A stretch of DNA of 64,000 nt, taken from sequence record SRR31156797_5325. One strand, 5' to 3'. The translations under genes and the position numbers were made by a program. Numbering within the stretch: the first letter of the stretch is position 1; each line of letters begins with the position of its first letter. A model generated the notes under the pieces. That model was not told the origin of the DNA. It did no database searches and worked only from the letters and a program-made list of their open reading frames with translations. Of the stretch, positions 19,237 to 30,472 are shown piece after piece.

Positions 19237-21114
19237 CTAAACCTTAAACGAAGCCAACTCTGTCTTCTGAGCAGCCGCCATTTTAGAAAGCTCATGCGCG
19301 GCTTGTAATGTTTCTTCAACAGCAGATACGTTTTTCTTAATTAAATCAAACGTAAGGGTGGTATTTCTTGAAACATCCTCAGTAACGGCATACTGCTCTT
19401 GAGATGCAGTCGCAACCAGCGTATTGATTTCTGAGATAGAATCAACGGAAGAAGCAATCGCTTCAAACGCAGCTTTAACGCCATCAGCAAGCGTTACCGA
19501 CTCGTGCATCAGCTCAACATTACTTGCCATATTACTGGTCGCCTTCTCCGATTGAATCTGAAGTTTTTCAATAATGTCTTTAATACTCACTGTCGATTCT
19601 TGAGTTTTTGAAGCTAAATTTCGAACTTCATCAGCAACAACAGCAAAACCACGCCCTTGCTCTCCCGCTCTGGCTGCCTCTATAGCCGCATTTAATGCTA
19701 AGAGATTGGTCTGCTCGGAAATGCCATTAATCACTTCAATAACAGAGCCAATCTCCATCGAGAACTGACGCAACTCTGAAATAATGGAAGCGCTTTCATT
19801 TATAGACAAATGAATGCTGTCCGTTAGTTGAATATTTCTCTCCAGCGTTTTTTTGCCGACAGCAACACTTTCTATTGCCTCTTTAGCGGCATCCTCAGCC
19901 AGTACCGCTTTGCTGCTCACTTCATTCGATGTTGATGACAGTTCATTTATCGCGGTCGCGATTTGCTCGGCTTGTTGTAACTCATGCTGTGAGTTTGAAC
20001 CCGTTTGAAGCATGATTGTACTAAGTTGTTCTGAAGCCGATGAGACGTTTTCAGAAATAGAGTGCGAGTTTCTAATGAGTTCTGACAGCTGTGCAGACAA
20101 ATGGATTAAAGATGAATATATCCCCGTTTCTTTTCCTGTTTTTACGAAACTCTGATTTAACTCACCTTGCGCCATTTTTTCCATGATCTTGGCGATATCT
20201 TCTGGAGCACCACCAACAGGTTTGAGAACCAACATGTTAATTGAGTACAGAACGATACTCATCGCAATAATCAAGCTCACAACTCCGATAAGCAGTGACG
20301 AGATAAGCTGTTCATTTGCCGTCCCCTCAATAACGCCATTATTAATAAAAGTCACATACTGCCAACCTGTATTAGGGATATCTCCCCAAAACGCTGTAAA
20401 TGATGAATCAACACCATCAACAACGGCATCATACGTCAACTCCGGAGAATTAATGTTGAACTGTTTATAAAGAGGTCTAACGTCAAAAATATTTTCCCCT
20501 AACAGATCGTCATAAGGAGCGATTAAAATCGTTCCATCGGTAGAGTATAAAAACATATCTCTGCGTTTCGTTATATTTTCAAGCACTGACTCTAACTTGA
20601 TTGTCGCTAATGATGCTATATCATTATTAATTTTGTAAGCGATAGCCAATACACGCTTGCCACTTCTAGCAGAAGCAAAAGGTTCTGAAACATAGAACTG
20701 TTTTCCTTGATTGAAAATCGCATTCCAATATGTTCTGTTTAGCTGTTTTATATTAAAGTCAAATTGTTCACCTTGTGGGTTATAAATAACGCCATCTCTT
20801 CTGAAGATATAAACCCCTTCGCTGACACTTTCTAAATTTTTTGAAAGAGTATTTGTTTGAATCAAAGCTCTTTCAGATAGTGTGGTTCCGGCGTCTTTAG
20901 TATCAACACTGAAAGCAGCGAGAACATTTTTGTAGCTTTCAATTTTTTCATGAATTCCCGCTTCAATCGTCTCATTCTTTACTTTCAGTATTATTTTATG
21001 TTGTGTAACACTCTCTTCTTTGAACGCATTAAAATCGACAACAATTAATAATACAAACACAGTGATCATGATAATACTTAATGTACCAATCACCTTAACT
21101 TTAAAATTGCTCAC
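19237..21114 (-). CDS. Methyl-accepting chemotaxis protein with a dCache-type sensor
   Basis: Two TM helices; [31 protein letters not shown] signalling motif. Start set at GTG 21114. Confidence 0.95.
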   Translation of the reverse strand: MSNFKVKVIGTLSIIMITVFVLLIVVDFNAFKEESVTQHKIILKVKNETIEAGIHEKIESYKNVLAAFSVDTKDAGTTLSERALIQTNTLSKNLESVSEGVYIFRRDGVIYNPQGEQFDFNIKQLNRTYWNAIFNQGKQFYVSEPFASARSGKRVLAIAYKINNDIASLATIKLESVLENITKRRDMFLYSTDGTILIAPYDDLLGENIFDVRPLYKQFNINSPELTYDAVVDGVDSSFTAFWGDIPNTGWQYVTFINNGVIEGTANEQLISSLLIGVVSLIIAMSIVLYSINMLVLKPVGGAPEDIAKIMEKMAQGELNQSFVKTGKETGIYSSLIHLSAQLSELIRNSHSISENVSSASEQLSTIMLQTGSNSQHELQQAEQIATAINELSSTSNEVSSKAVLAEDAAKEAIESVAVGKKTLERNIQLTDSIHLSINESASIISELRQFSMEIGSVIEVINGISEQTNLLALNAAIEAARAGEQGRGFAVVADEVRNLASKTQESTVSIKDIIEKLQIQSEKATSNMASNVELMHESVTLADGVKAAFEAIASSVDSISEINTLVATASQEQYAVTEDVSRNTTLTFDLIKKNVSAVEETLQAAHELSKMAAAQKTELASFKV

Positions 21115-21450
21115 ATAGCCCCCGCTGTTTACAAAAAAATAACAAATATTTTTATAATTCAATCCATTGTACAAATAAAAAACCAAGTGATCATTTATAA
21201 TTTTTATATATAAAAATAGAACATTTGCTCTAATGAAAGATAAAAGCCCATGGGTTCAACGCTTGAGGTTAGGGCATATAAAAGTGGGCATAAATTAATA
21301 AATCTAAGATTACAGATATCGATTTAATGAATAAATTCATCGCCCATAAAGTTAACAACAAAACAACAATTGAGAAAAAAAACATCTACAATATTGAATT
21401 GTATAAACAAGTCAGCTAATAATGGTTTTTTACTCGCTCTAGGAATGGAC

Positions 21451-22407
21451 GTGGAAGGTGTTTTTCAACTATTAATGTTTTCGGCCTCAATCACAGGGCC
21501 AATCTGCTTAATGCTCGTCCTCGGGGTGTTTCTCAAACGTATTAATCTGATCAACGAGAACTTCATTGAAGTCGCTTCTAAGATTGTTTTCGAAGTGACA
21601 TTACCCACAATGCTGTTTTTAAGCATCGTCAGTTCCAACCATGACTTTTCATCCAGCACGTCCCTCATTGTTTACGGTGTGATCGCCAACTTTTTGTTTT
21701 TTCTTTTCACCACGGTTATCACTAAAAAGACCTTTAAACGACAGCAAGATCAAGGCGTGATCATCCAAGGTGCTTTTCGTGCCAATACTGCCATTATTGC
21801 GATTGCCTATGTCGCCAATGCGTATGGAGATACAGGGGTTGCTCTAGCCGCTATTTATGTTGCGAGCATGACTTTACTTTACAACGTCCAAGCGGTGATT
21901 GCTTTAACTACCAAAAGTGACACTAAGGGAACACCAACCTCTAAGATTATCTTTCGTACATTGACCAAAAACCCTTTGATCATAGCGATTCTGCTAGGCC
22001 TGTTCTGTTACGGGCTATCCGTTCCAATTCCCCAAATGGTGACCGATGCCGGGCGCTATTTAGCCAATATGACACTACCGCTTGCTTTACTCTGCACGGG
22101 AGGATCACTCGATTTAAAAGCATTGAGAGAAGACAACGCCCCAGCATGGTACGCAACCGGATTTAAGTTAGTACTGGCCCCACTGTTAACCACATTAGGC
22201 GCACTTGCGTTTGGATTTAGAGGAATGGAACTGGGCCTGATATTTTTAATGAGCTCTGCACCAACCGCAGCAGCAAGTTATGTCATGGCCAGAGCGATGG
22301 GAGGCAACGCGACCTTAGCAGCGAATATCATTGCGCTAACAACAATATTCTCATTATTCTCTTGTACCATCGGCATCTTTACTCTCTCTGCTTTTGGTTT
22401 GATGTAG
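21451..22407 (+). CDS. AEC-family transporter
   Basis: LPTMLF, FRAN, KNPLIIA, PLALL, SAPTA motifs; about 10 TM helices; GTG start after AGGA. Confidence 0.88.
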   Translation: MEGVFQLLMFSASITGPICLMLVLGVFLKRINLINENFIEVASKIVFEVTLPTMLFLSIVSSNHDFSSSTSLIVYGVIANFLFFLFTTVITKKTFKRQQDQGVIIQGAFRANTAIIAIAYVANAYGDTGVALAAIYVASMTLLYNVQAVIALTTKSDTKGTPTSKIIFRTLTKNPLIIAILLGLFCYGLSVPIPQMVTDAGRYLANMTLPLALLCTGGSLDLKALREDNAPAWYATGFKLVLAPLLTTLGALAFGFRGMELGLIFLMSSAPTAAASYVMARAMGGNATLAANIIALTTIFSLFSCTIGIFTLSAFGLM

Positions 22408-22540
22408 CCAGCCTCAAGTCACAAACTCAGCATTCAAATCTAATATTCGGCCTGTTGATTGACCTAAGTCAAAAAGCAATTTGTTGCATATCATACTGTC
22501 CAAATTGTAGTTATTTTTTATCGAAAATTATTGAACCTAT

Positions 22541-23551
22541 ATGAATAAAATAAAAAGTCTTGAGCTTGGTCGAACCTTTGCAATGCTAGCTATTATCGCG
22601 CTTCACTGCTTACCTACCAACATTCCCCATGAAAACGATCCATGGTTCATGTACCTGTTTAATCAATCCACCCGCTTCGCGGTACCTTTGTTTTTCCTGA
22701 TCTCAGGTTATTTAATCCAACCAAAACTGAGTGCTGCGCCGTTCGAAACATTCAAACGATACAGTTTCCCGCTTTGCAAAATCTGGGTTGTATGGAGTGT
22801 TCTCAGCTTATTACTGCCATTCAATTTTCAAGTTGTAATGCAACATGGTTATTTGGCAGAACGAACCGGGTACTGGGGCTACTTATCAATGAACCCGCTC
22901 AATTCGCTACTGGAAGGTGGTTTGGTGCATTTATGGTTTATTCCTGCCCTCATCATGGCAATCGGGATTCTTGCAGTCCTTCAATTAAACAACTTAGTGC
23001 GCTGGGCGCTGCCACTTGCGGGTGCATTGTTCATCTATGGGACCTTAGCAGGTAGCTATGCCAATCTTACAGAGTTCGTCGCTCCATTCTTTACTCGCAA
23101 CGGACCCTTTTTCAGTACGCTATTCGTAGCATTAGGTTACTTTATTCGCGAGCGAAACATTCGCTGCAATGCCACGACGGCAGCTTTGTTAGCGATGTTA
23201 GGCGTGGCGATTCATTTCTCTGAAGCTTATTTCCTCCACCAGCATGGGCAAATGTTTAATTACAATGATTACTTGTTTGGTACTTCTCTATGGGGAGTGG
23301 GATTATTTTTGCTGCTGTTAGCAAAGCCAAACTGGGGTAGCTCTAAATGGATTCAGTCTTTCGCTAGCAGTGCCTTGGGTATTTACGTTGCGCATTTGCT
23401 GGTCGCTATAGTCGTAATGAATATCGTAGGTATTCTGGGATTGGGCACCGTCAGCAACTACTTAGCCGTATTTGCCCTAACAACCTTAATCACTCTACTA
23501 TTAGTGAAAGGATTAGAACGCACACCACTGAGAAAACTACTACTACGATAA
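22541..23551 (+). CDS. Acyltransferase-3 family membrane protein
   Basis: RTFAMLAIIALH, FAVPLFFLISGY, HLWF, GIYVAH. Confidence 0.88.
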   Translation: MNKIKSLELGRTFAMLAIIALHCLPTNIPHENDPWFMYLFNQSTRFAVPLFFLISGYLIQPKLSAAPFETFKRYSFPLCKIWVVWSVLSLLLPFNFQVVMQHGYLAERTGYWGYLSMNPLNSLLEGGLVHLWFIPALIMAIGILAVLQLNNLVRWALPLAGALFIYGTLAGSYANLTEFVAPFFTRNGPFFSTLFVALGYFIRERNIRCNATTAALLAMLGVAIHFSEAYFLHQHGQMFNYNDYLFGTSLWGVGLFLLLLAKPNWGSSKWIQSFASSALGIYVAHLLVAIVVMNIVGILGLGTVSNYLAVFALTTLITLLLVKGLERTPLRKLLLR

Positions 23552-23580
23552 GTGCCGAAAATTGAACAGGGAAGAGGTTT

Positions 23581-24222
23581 ATGGTTGCTCGGATTGTTGC
23601 TATCGCGTTGCTTTTCGTCCAATGCACGGTTTGGGCGAACAGCAACCACAAAGCCCAAGCATGGAAGCTAGCGAGAAGTGAAGATGGCATACGAGTTCAT
23701 ACTCGTGAACACCAAGGTGGTTTGGTTGAGATTCGCACTCAGATGTTTGTAGAAACGAGCTATGCGGCATTTTTAGTCCTGCTCGAAGACAGCAGCAACG
23801 TACCAAAGTGGGTTGATAATGTCAGTGAAAGCCGTGTGCTCAAACAAATTTCTTCTTCTGAAAATCTTGTCTACACAAAATTTGCCGCGCCTTGGCCGGC
23901 AAAAGATCGAGATATGGTGACCTACTCGCGCTACCAACTTATTGATGGCGCATTTCAACTTGAGATTAACGACGCATCACAACAGTATCCTGAACAGCCT
24001 GGTTTTGTCAGAATCAAAGCGGTAGAAGCCAAATGGACGTTAGAAAAACTGACCAATGGCCTCACCCACATTGATTACACGGCATATGCCGACCCAGGAG
24101 GAATGCTCCCCGACTGGCTTGCCAACAAACTTTCAGTATCAGGAGCTTTTACTACCTTTTCAGCGTTAAAAATACAGCTCCCGAACTATCAACATCGTTC
24201 CCATAAAACCATTCGAGAGTGA
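23581..24222 (+). CDS. START-domain lipid-binding protein
   Basis: Signal peptide; PWPAKDRD; DPGGMLPDW. Confidence 0.85.
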   Translation: MVARIVAIALLFVQCTVWANSNHKAQAWKLARSEDGIRVHTREHQGGLVEIRTQMFVETSYAAFLVLLEDSSNVPKWVDNVSESRVLKQISSSENLVYTKFAAPWPAKDRDMVTYSRYQLIDGAFQLEINDASQQYPEQPGFVRIKAVEAKWTLEKLTNGLTHIDYTAYADPGGMLPDWLANKLSVSGAFTTFSALKIQLPNYQHRSHKTIRE

Positions 24223-24253
24223 AATCTACGTTCAGAGTTGAATCATTGACTGC

Positions 24254-25429
24254 TTAAGCCCAACGTAAAACTCTCACCTCATTGCCCTCTTCCGGTGTAC
24301 GCGGAATGTTCATTGATAACAGCAACGAGATCCCCGCCATGCCAGCACCGATATAAAAGACTGCCGCAGGGGATATTAACCACAAGAAACCGAAACTGAC
24401 GGGAATCACTACCGCAGCGATATGGTTAATCGTAAAGGCTACGCCTGCTGTTGAAGCCATGTCTGCCGGATCAGCGATTTTTTGGAAATAGGTTTTCACC
24501 GCTAACGCCAAGGCAAAGAACAGATGATCGACCACATACAGACCCGCAGCCCAATGCGCATCGGTCACTAAAGCATAACCAACAAACACGCCTATCAAGC
24601 CAACGTATTCCATAATCAGTGCCGTGCGTTCACCAACCACGCCGATAAATCGGCCAATACGCTTTGCAAATAGGAAGTTAAACCCATAGTTAATTAAAAA
24701 CAGTAAAGTGATATCGGCCGCTGTATAGCCAAATTTTTCCACCATTAGGAAACCTGCGAAAACGGTGAAAATTTGACGACGAGCACCACTCATAAAAGTC
24801 AGGGCGTAATAAAGCCAATAGCGTTTACGTAACACCAATTTTTTGGTTTGCGGGGTATGTGACTTAAATTCGGGGAAAGCAAAAGCTGCAACAAAAACAA
24901 GTAATAAAGCCACGCCACCGGTAATGCCATAAACCCATTGATAGCTCATACTGAACTGCTCAAGCATCAACCACAGCGCACTGTAGGTAATGAGAGAAGA
25001 CAAAGCACCAATGGAAATCATTCTCCCAAGCATTTCCGGCGCTTCATCTTTAGATAGCCACTGTAGAGAAAGAGACTGTTTTAATGTTTCGAAGTAATGG
25101 AACCCTATCGACATCAATAGGGTTGTCAGCAAAAGCCCAGCCAGTGACGGAAACAGCCCAGTAATTGCTGTACCTAGGGTCAGCATCACTAATGCGATCA
25201 GCATAAAGCGTTGTTCACGAATAAACAGCAACACGAATACCGCAGTAAAAGCCAAAAAACCAGGGATTTCACGTACACTCTGTAATAGCCCTATATCAGA
25301 ACCATCAAAGTTAGCTTTCTCGATAACAAAATTGTTGAGTAGCGCCATCCAGCTAGCAAAAGCGATCGGAACAATAGCAGAAATAACCAATAAAAATGTT
25401 TGTGGCGTGCGCCAAGTCTTTGTGTCCAT
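24254..25429 (-). CDS. MFS transporter
   Basis: About 12 TM helices; QSVREIPG and GARRQIF motifs. Start set at ATG 25429. Confidence 0.88.
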   Translation of the reverse strand: MDTKTWRTPQTFLLVISAIVPIAFASWMALLNNFVIEKANFDGSDIGLLQSVREIPGFLAFTAVFVLLFIREQRFMLIALVMLTLGTAITGLFPSLAGLLLTTLLMSIGFHYFETLKQSLSLQWLSKDEAPEMLGRMISIGALSSLITYSALWLMLEQFSMSYQWVYGITGGVALLLVFVAAFAFPEFKSHTPQTKKLVLRKRYWLYYALTFMSGARRQIFTVFAGFLMVEKFGYTAADITLLFLINYGFNFLFAKRIGRFIGVVGERTALIMEYVGLIGVFVGYALVTDAHWAAGLYVVDHLFFALALAVKTYFQKIADPADMASTAGVAFTINHIAAVVIPVSFGFLWLISPAAVFYIGAGMAGISLLLSMNIPRTPEEGNEVRVLRWA

Positions 25430-25521
25430 TACAATCTTATTATCCTTAGTATTAAGAGGTGGCAGTTTAAACAATCTCGCTTTCACTGTAACCTTGTATT
25501 ATTTCCATCCAGGAGCCACTT

Positions 25522-26490
25522 ATGCAGGTTCGTTTTGCAACGGCAAACCTATTTAACTATCTCGCACCGCCGAATGCTTTCTATGACTTCGAAAACATTT
25601 ACGAAGCGCCCCAATGGAAAAAAAAACAGCAATGGCTATCGAGAAACCTTGCCTTGCTGGATGCTGATGTCATAGGTTTTCAGGAAATTTTCAGTGCTCA
25701 ACCGTTGATGGAGCAACTGGCTGAGCTGGGTTATCACTACTTTTACGTTGTCGATCAACCGAAAGTTTCCCATAGCTACATTTATACCCACCCAGTGGTC
25801 GGTATCGCCTCTCGCTATGAGCTGAAAGAGGTACAAGCGGTTTCCGCTCAGGCCCCCCACAACAATGAACCTTTTACTTTCAACCGTAAGCCACTAAGAG
25901 CAACCCTTAATCACCCGGCATTAGGTCAAGTAGACGTTTATGTGGTGCACTTTAAATCTCAACGTCCCACGCTGACACGAGAGTTAACCACCAACGAACC
26001 GTTTGATCATTGGCAACACGAAAATTTTGGTCGCTGGCTATCCACTGTCCAGAGAGGTTTTGAAGCACATGTTTTACACAATGTAATCATGGAGAGAAAA
26101 AAAGCAACAGGAAACCCTGTTGTGCTGATGGGAGACTTCAATCAACTGTTAACCAGTCAGGAATTTTCATGCTTACGTTCAACGCACCGATTTAGACAAC
26201 CAGACTCATATACACCGTTGTTGCCCTATCATTTAATCGATAGCTGGGAGCTGTATTGCCACAGCAACCAAATAACACGCACACCAACTCACTATACTGG
26301 TGCGGCAGGGCAAGTGCTGGACTATATTCTACTCTCCAGCGATTTTAGCAACGAGGCGGATCACCCAATTGCCAAAGTCATTGACTACCACGTTCACGAT
26401 CAGCATCTGATTAACCCAAGTTTTGAATTAGACAGCTACTCGAGCGATCACGCATTTGTTTCTGTCACGCTGGAATGTGCAAAATCGTAA
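25522..26490 (+). CDS. Endonuclease/exonuclease/phosphatase family protein
   Basis: ATANL, DVIGFQE, HFKS, MGDFN, LDYI, SDH. Confidence 0.9.
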   Translation: MQVRFATANLFNYLAPPNAFYDFENIYEAPQWKKKQQWLSRNLALLDADVIGFQEIFSAQPLMEQLAELGYHYFYVVDQPKVSHSYIYTHPVVGIASRYELKEVQAVSAQAPHNNEPFTFNRKPLRATLNHPALGQVDVYVVHFKSQRPTLTRELTTNEPFDHWQHENFGRWLSTVQRGFEAHVLHNVIMERKKATGNPVVLMGDFNQLLTSQEFSCLRSTHRFRQPDSYTPLLPYHLIDSWELYCHSNQITRTPTHYTGAAGQVLDYILLSSDFSNEADHPIAKVIDYHVHDQHLINPSFELDSYSSDHAFVSVTLECAKS

Positions 26491-26522
26491 TCTCAAATTT
26501 GTATACGATAAAAAACAGCGCA

Positions 26523-26813
26523 TTAAGCACGTAAATGCTGCCATTCGGGGTGGCGGTTCAAATAATGTTCAACATAGCTGCATTTAGGCACTATCTTAAA
26601 ACCTTGCACTTCAATCAAAGGTAACACACTTTCCATCATCACCTTTCCGTACCCCTTGCCCTGTAAAGCATCAGGTACTCGGGTGGAAGTGATGTGCATT
26701 GCTTGATCAACAAACTGATACTGCACCTTTGCATAATATTCGTCTATCAAATGGACTCGGAAACACTCCTTATCCCTATCAATTATGACTTCATTTTCCA
26801 TGTTCATTCTCAT
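26523..26813 (-). CDS. Small GNAT acetyltransferase (YjdJ-like)
   Basis: TRVPDALQGKGYG acetyl-CoA motif; PKCSYV. Confidence 0.85.
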   Translation of the reverse strand: MRMNMENEVIIDRDKECFRVHLIDEYYAKVQYQFVDQAMHITSTRVPDALQGKGYGKVMMESVLPLIEVQGFKIVPKCSYVEHYLNRHPEWQHLRA

Positions 26814-26914
26814 TTTGAAAAATAAGTTCTGGAATTATAGTTTATGCAAATTGAAAATCTGCACATATATTCATAAAATATGTAATTATAATTCTATAAA
26901 TACGGAGTTCATGG

Positions 26915-27667
26915 ATGAGCGTATCGCAAACCGCGAAGAAAACCGCTAACCACGCACCTACAGCCAGACCGAGTAAGTCAGTGGTCACTTTGAACAGCAC
27001 CGATGCGTTAGCCATGGTAGAGCACAGTAGTGAACTTAAGTTGAATATCACTACGCCAGTTGGAACAACATTTGTTTGTAGAACGCCGTTTATTGGAACT
27101 CACTCAGATCGTTACCTGTTAGCCGAAATCCCAAATATCTCTTCTGATGATATGGAATTTTACTTTCAGGAAGGCTTTTGGATAAACCTTCGAGCTATCT
27201 CTGCACGCGGAGAAGGCGCAATGATTCATTTCCGCAGCCAGCTATTGCACGTCATTCGAGAGCCGATTCCATTTGTGATGCTTTCGATTCCTAATACCAT
27301 GCAGGTGACTCAGTTAAGAAAAGAGCCTCGATTCGAAGTTAACCTGCCAGGCAAGGTGATCATTGGAGAACACAAAGCCGATGGTGAAGTGCGTGACTTA
27401 TCGAAAAGTGGCTGTCGTTTTATATCAGCACCTATAGGACGTACCTATCAAGTTGGCGATACAGTTTCGATTGAAATCTTTGCCGATCAGCGGGGAACGC
27501 GTGTTTTTGCTCCGCTAACGGGCAAAGTGTGTAACCTTCAACGTTCTACCCACTACGCCCGCTATGGCATGGAGTTTGACCCGCTTGGTCAGGCCAATGC
27601 TAAGAATTTGCTAAGCCAACTTAAGTTTAATGGAACAAAACTAACGCTCAATGTTGAGCGTGCTTAA
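26915..27667 (+). CDS. plzD: c-di-GMP-binding PilZN-PilZ (YcgR-like) protein, PlzD
   Basis: RKEPR (RxxxR) and DLSKSG (DxSxxG) motifs; closely resembles VCA0042. Confidence 0.88.
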   Translation: MSVSQTAKKTANHAPTARPSKSVVTLNSTDALAMVEHSSELKLNITTPVGTTFVCRTPFIGTHSDRYLLAEIPNISSDDMEFYFQEGFWINLRAISARGEGAMIHFRSQLLHVIREPIPFVMLSIPNTMQVTQLRKEPRFEVNLPGKVIIGEHKADGEVRDLSKSGCRFISAPIGRTYQVGDTVSIEIFADQRGTRVFAPLTGKVCNLQRSTHYARYGMEFDPLGQANAKNLLSQLKFNGTKLTLNVERA

Positions 27668-27785
27668 CCATTATTGACCTTTTTCAATGGTGGTTGAAAA
27701 AGGTCAATAACAGTTGAATTCTTTTCACTATCCCTCACCATTTTTCGCTATACTCCTCCGAAAAATATCCATTTTAAGGTTAGGA

Positions 27786-28706
27786 ATGAACTACTTTAGT
27801 ACGTTTATAAAAGGTATAGCGATGGGCGCTGCGGACGTGGTTCCCGGTGTTTCAGGTGGAACAATTGCGTTCATTACCGGTATCTATGACACTCTGTTAG
27901 AGAGTATTCGCCGAGTAAACCCAAGCTTATTAGGTATTTGGAAGCGAGAAGGCTTTGCCGCAGCATTTCAATACATCAACGGTTTCTTTCTTATCTCGTT
28001 ATTCGCTGGCATCCTTACCAGTATCGCGACTCTAGCCAAAGTTATCTCTTGGTCTCTGGTGACACATCCCATTCCAACTTGGTCATTTTTCTTCGGCCTT
28101 ATTCTGGTTTCAGTTTTTCATATGCTGAAGCAAGTGGAGCACAAAACGCTTTCACGCTGGCTTTGCTTATTGCTCGGGGTTGCTTTCGCTTACTGTATTA
28201 CCGTACTAAAACCACTTAACTTAGAGCCAAGTAGCATTAATGTTGTCATTGCTGGCGCAATAGCCATTTGTGCCATGATCTTACCGGGTATCTCCGGCAG
28301 CTTCATTCTACTGCTGATTGGCATGTACGCTACTGTTCTCGGAGCAGTTAAAGGAATGCAGATCGATATTCTATTGTTGTTCATTTTAGGCTGTGTGATT
28401 GGCTTACTGACTTTTTCTCACTTACTTTCTTGGTTGCTGAAGCGTTTTCGTGAAGTCACGCTGATGTTCTTAACCGGGTTGATGCTTGGCACGTTACCTA
28501 AGATCTGGCCTTGGAAAGAAACCATCTCATGGCGAACTAATTCTCACGGTGAACAAGTACCTCTTGTACAACACAACTTGTCTCCATTTGAGTTTGAAGC
28601 GATAACCTCACAGCCCTCTCAGATCGTTATCGCCACTATATTGATGTTGTGCGCCATCGCATTAGTACTCGGCTTAGAAAAATATGCGCAACACCATGAC
28701 GTATAA
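27786..28706 (+). CDS. DUF368 putative undecaprenyl-phosphate translocase
   Basis: Duplicated PGVSGG/PGISGS motifs; ATG 27786. Confidence 0.92.
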   Translation: MNYFSTFIKGIAMGAADVVPGVSGGTIAFITGIYDTLLESIRRVNPSLLGIWKREGFAAAFQYINGFFLISLFAGILTSIATLAKVISWSLVTHPIPTWSFFFGLILVSVFHMLKQVEHKTLSRWLCLLLGVAFAYCITVLKPLNLEPSSINVVIAGAIAICAMILPGISGSFILLLIGMYATVLGAVKGMQIDILLLFILGCVIGLLTFSHLLSWLLKRFREVTLMFLTGLMLGTLPKIWPWKETISWRTNSHGEQVPLVQHNLSPFEFEAITSQPSQIVIATILMLCAIALVLGLEKYAQHHDV

Positions 28707-28855
28707 CTTTTCTAGTTAAAGACTCTAAAGGCGGCTTATTAGCCGCCTTTTTGCTGCAATGCGCATGACCACATTTTGCCATTATATTCCTACAGCTAAC
28801 ATTAGCTTATGGTAAACTGCGCCCGTTTAATGTCTTCCAACTCTATGAGTCAATC

Positions 28856-29284
28856 ATGCGATCGTTATTGAAACCCATTGTTATCATAATCGCGCTTGGC
28901 GCAGGCTTTTTTGCCAGTGATCTGATAAAAGCCGTATATCAGCAAACTCAATCGATAGATCTGTCGCAATACTGCTTGCTATCGACTCGAAACTGCATTC
29001 AGAACGGCACTTCCATGTCGCTTAGTCAGGATACGGCTCACCCGTTAGTCGCCAATAAGCTCACGGTGACTTGGCCAAACACTGAAGCAACACAGTTAGA
29101 GCTGACACTAAAGGGCGTGGAAATGGATATGGGAGTCCTAAAATTTGTACTTAAACCAACATCATCCGGCCAATTCGAAACTGACCTCGTTCTTCCAGTC
29201 TGTACCACTGACTCCATGACTTGGGCCGGAGAATTAACCGATGGTGAAACTACTGTCCTACCAGCAATAAGGATGCAACGATGA
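28856..29284 (+). CDS. Membrane-anchored hypothetical protein of the SCO/PCuAC operon
   Basis: N-terminal TM; MDMG and Cys residues; ATGA overlap with the SCO gene. Confidence 0.75.
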   Translation: MRSLLKPIVIIIALGAGFFASDLIKAVYQQTQSIDLSQYCLLSTRNCIQNGTSMSLSQDTAHPLVANKLTVTWPNTEATQLELTLKGVEMDMGVLKFVLKPTSSGQFETDLVLPVCTTDSMTWAGELTDGETTVLPAIRMQR

Positions 29285-29889
29285 GCAAGAATTGGTCGCT
29301 GATTTTAATAGTCGCGTTTGTGTGTGGATTTGGCTTTAAAAGCTACCTTGATGCTCAAAATGAGCGAAAAGCTTCTTCCTCTGCACAGGAAGCAGTTACG
29401 GATGTCACTCTGTTTGGTGAGGATGATAAACCCGTTCATATTTTCGATACGTCTGATCAACGAATCCGTATCGTCTATTTTGGCTTCACCCGCTGCCCGG
29501 ATGTTTGTCCGACTTCGTTAGCGATGTTGGCTGGCGCTCTGAATCAAATTGATGATGAAACCAAGCAAAAATTGCGACCGATGTTTGTTTCTCTTGATCC
29601 TGAACGTGACGATGGCGCGCTGTCCGCTCAATATGCGCACTATTTCCACAACATGATTGAAGGTGTTTCTGCGCCTCTAGATATCACCACACCGCTAGCA
29701 CATCGCTATGGGGTGATTTTCCGTAAGACAGAATTACCCAATTCAGAACTGAAATACACATTAGATCACAGCTCGTATTTTTATTTTTTACAGCCTGATG
29801 GCACGCTCATCACCAAAGTTCCACATACACAAAGCCCTGCCCCGATCGTGGCAGCAATAAAAGAAGTGATAACACCTTCAGAAGGATAA
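29281..29889 (+). CDS. SCO-family copper protein
   Basis: FGFTRCPDVCP and DHS motifs. Confidence 0.93.
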   Translation: MSKNWSLILIVAFVCGFGFKSYLDAQNERKASSSAQEAVTDVTLFGEDDKPVHIFDTSDQRIRIVYFGFTRCPDVCPTSLAMLAGALNQIDDETKQKLRPMFVSLDPERDDGALSAQYAHYFHNMIEGVSAPLDITTPLAHRYGVIFRKTELPNSELKYTLDHSSYFYFLQPDGTLITKVPHTQSPAPIVAAIKEVITPSEG

Positions 29890-29894
29890 GAAGC

Positions 29895-30344
29895 ATGAAA
29901 ACCAAGTTACTACTATTGGCAAGCTTACTCATTAGCCCGCTCAGTTTTGCGAAAATGGATGTGATGGCGCACGCCCCCTATGCCCGTGCAATGGCACCCG
30001 GCGCAGTAACCAGTGCCGTATTTGGTGACATAGTAAACCGCAGTGACACTGACCGCTACATCGTATCAGCAACCACCAACACAGCGGGTAAAGTAGAACT
30101 TCACGATGTAGTTATGGACGGTGAAGTGATGAAAATGCGTCAAGTGACTGAATTAACAGTGCCAGCAAAAGACAAGTTGGTGCTTAAACCAGGCAGCTAC
30201 CACATCATGCTATTCAATCTGGTTAAGCCACTGAATGAAGGAGACGAAATTGAAGTTCAAGTTACCTTCAAAGATGGTCAACAATATACCTTCTCAGCAC
30301 CGGTTAAAAAGGTGATGAGTGGCATGCAAATGAAGCATCACTAA
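29895..30344 (+). CDS. Copper chaperone PCu(A)C
   Basis: ELH...MKM...HIM motif; signal peptide. Confidence 0.93.
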   Translation: MKTKLLLLASLLISPLSFAKMDVMAHAPYARAMAPGAVTSAVFGDIVNRSDTDRYIVSATTNTAGKVELHDVVMDGEVMKMRQVTELTVPAKDKLVLKPGSYHIMLFNLVKPLNEGDEIEVQVTFKDGQQYTFSAPVKKVMSGMQMKHH

Positions 30345-30424
30345 GTTGCATAAAAGAGGTGGGTTTTCCCACCTCTTCTGCTATTATTCGCTCAGTATTA
30401 ATAAAAAAGTCACAGGAGATATTA

Positions 30425-30472
30425 ATGATTGTATTACACACCCACCGCGCAACTTCAGAGAAGAAAGCTTAA
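30425..30472 (+). CDS. Putative leader peptide MIVLHTHRATSEKKA
   Basis: AGGAG RBS, ATG 30425, TAA 30470-72, followed by a structured leader. Confidence 0.5.
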   Translation: MIVLHTHRATSEKKA

